NCBI RefSeq assembly: GCF_035084215.1
Contig: NC_090370.1
Span: 7,564,001 to 7,628,000 of the forward strand
Direction: 5' to 3'
Length of the DNA stretch: 64,000 bases
Origin: Heptranchias perlo
Lineage: Eukaryota
The notes under the pieces were generated by a model. The model did no database searches and was not told the DNA's origin. It was given only the letters and a program-made list of their open reading frames with translations. Below, one piece after another: positions 62,570 through 64,000 of this stretch. Each line of letters starts with the position of its first letter. Position 1 is the first letter of the stretch. The translations under genes were made by a program, and so were the position numbers.

Positions 62570-63190
62570 GCTCCCCCCAATGGCTCACTGGGTACGTGCG
62601 CAACAATTGACCTCAGCACCTCTTGGTGAGAAAGAGGGGAAATCAAACATGGTTCTTGCTCCTGATCACTATCCTGCTGGTAAAGTGCATGTGGGTGGAG
62701 GTTTGGATGAGGGCAGGATTGGGCTTGGGCTGCGATTAGGGTTGCCAACTTTGGTTGGACGTATGCCTGGAGGTTTGATCACATGACCTCTTGTCTCCAC
62801 TGCCCCTCCCGGTCAGCCGTTTTTTTCCCCCCATCTCCAATATTTTTACAATTAAGAAACAAAAGTGTTCAAAGAAACTTTTTTTTAAAAAAACATTGTT
62901 TTTAATGCCCCTATGACTTTTCTCTGTGATTTTTCTCCCGGGTTTTGCTCACAGCAGTGTCCAGGAGATTAATCTTCAATTCCTGGAGACTCCAGGGTAA
63001 TCCTGGAGGGTTGGCAACCCTAGTCTGCAATGCCCCCTCTCAGTGACATGACCTACCAGAACGCAGCCTGAATGTCCCTGAATGAGAGGACTATTTTCTG
63101 CAGCATCAATTTGCCACCATTAACCCTGGTGAGCTGTACACTCTGAACTCATCCCAGCACAAGGTAAAGCAGTCACTCTTTGAGGGGAGG
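62570..63190 (+). mobile_element. tRNA-derived SINE family X interrupted by a hAT MITE
   Basis: A-box-like tggctcactgg, gctcctgatcactatcc and ggatgagggcaggattgggcttgg blocks. Confidence 0.6.
62737..63022. mobile_element. hAT MITE, third full copy
   Basis: TIRs tagggttgccaac and gttggcaacccta; degenerate TSD gctgcgat / g(t)ctgcaat. Confidence 0.88.
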
Positions 63191-64000
63191 TGGCGGCCTG
63201 CATGCGTTTGGAGGCACTCCAGTCACAAACTAAAGGGACAACGCGAGACCCTCAATATCTCCAGCAACATTCCTCAGAAACGCAGTTGTTGCTGTTAGAT
63301 GTGAACAGTGGGACTACGCACATGTGGTTCAGAGGTTCAGCATCACAATGTGAAATGGAGGAGCCCAGGCCGGAGTGGGAACAGAGGATTCCACCAGAAT
63401 CAAATTTGGCCGAAAATCAATTTCTCAGCTTTTTTTAAAATTACATATTTACATTCCTTTTGTGTTTCGTGCCAGTCGAGACACCACCAATCTGTCTGAG
63501 TTCAATGGGTGGTCTATGTGGGTGGGGGGCGCACTTTCCTGGTTGATTGATGCATCTGGCTTCCTTTTCGGCCTGGTTCGGTGGGGAAGGAGGGGGTCGC
63601 GTTGTGCTCTCCAGTGATTGTGATTGAGGCTTCAGCCGCGTTCCCTCATGGCCTAGTGAGGTACCTTCCCCTCTATTCCATACTGATCTAGAGAAGCCCT
63701 ACAACCATCTCCTTCACATCTGAGGTGCCTTTCTCTATATTCACTGCTTCTCTGGAGAAGTTTTACATGAGGTTCCCTCCCAGCAGTGCAAGTAGACTCA
63801 TTCACCTGTTTTCATTTGGGGAGTCTGTATATGAGAAAGCAAATTGTTTGGTCCCAATGCAAAATCCAAATGCTCATATTTACCATTAATATGAAATTCA
63901 GTGTAGTTTGAACCTGGAGCCCTAAAATCCATTAAACGCAGGACTGAGATCCTATGAAGCTCTCTTAGACTCCTGCCCCTCCAGCAACTAAACACCAGAA

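Overview
Repeat-rich eukaryotic DNA, intronic or intergenic. The repeat content (CR1 and L2 LINE 3' ends, Deu-type and LF-SINE-like tRNA SINEs, Penelope-like elements) is typical of a cartilaginous fish, most likely a shark; this is inference from repeat content only. I can identify no intact host gene, only one candidate exon (2557-2730, minus). Most ORFs in the track come from transposon decay or tandem repeats. The most notable structures are: (1) three ~160-200 bp Penelope-derived hairpin insertions with 12-bp target-site duplications (TSDs) that fold back at a hammerhead-ribozyme motif, plus a GIY-YIG Penelope fragment carrying a complete minimal hammerhead; (2) five or six PIF/Harbinger copies from which a convergent two-gene element (3-exon Myb/SANT gene plus intronless DDE transposase) can be reconstructed, with different internal deletions; (3) LF-SINE-like copies; (4) hAT and Harbinger-type MITEs nested inside SINEs; (5) a 3.7-kb minisatellite with higher-order periods; (6) an unexplained GC-rich multi-hairpin segment and an inverted-repeat pair. 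Family names rest on remembered consensus features, not database searches, and many boundaries are approximate.
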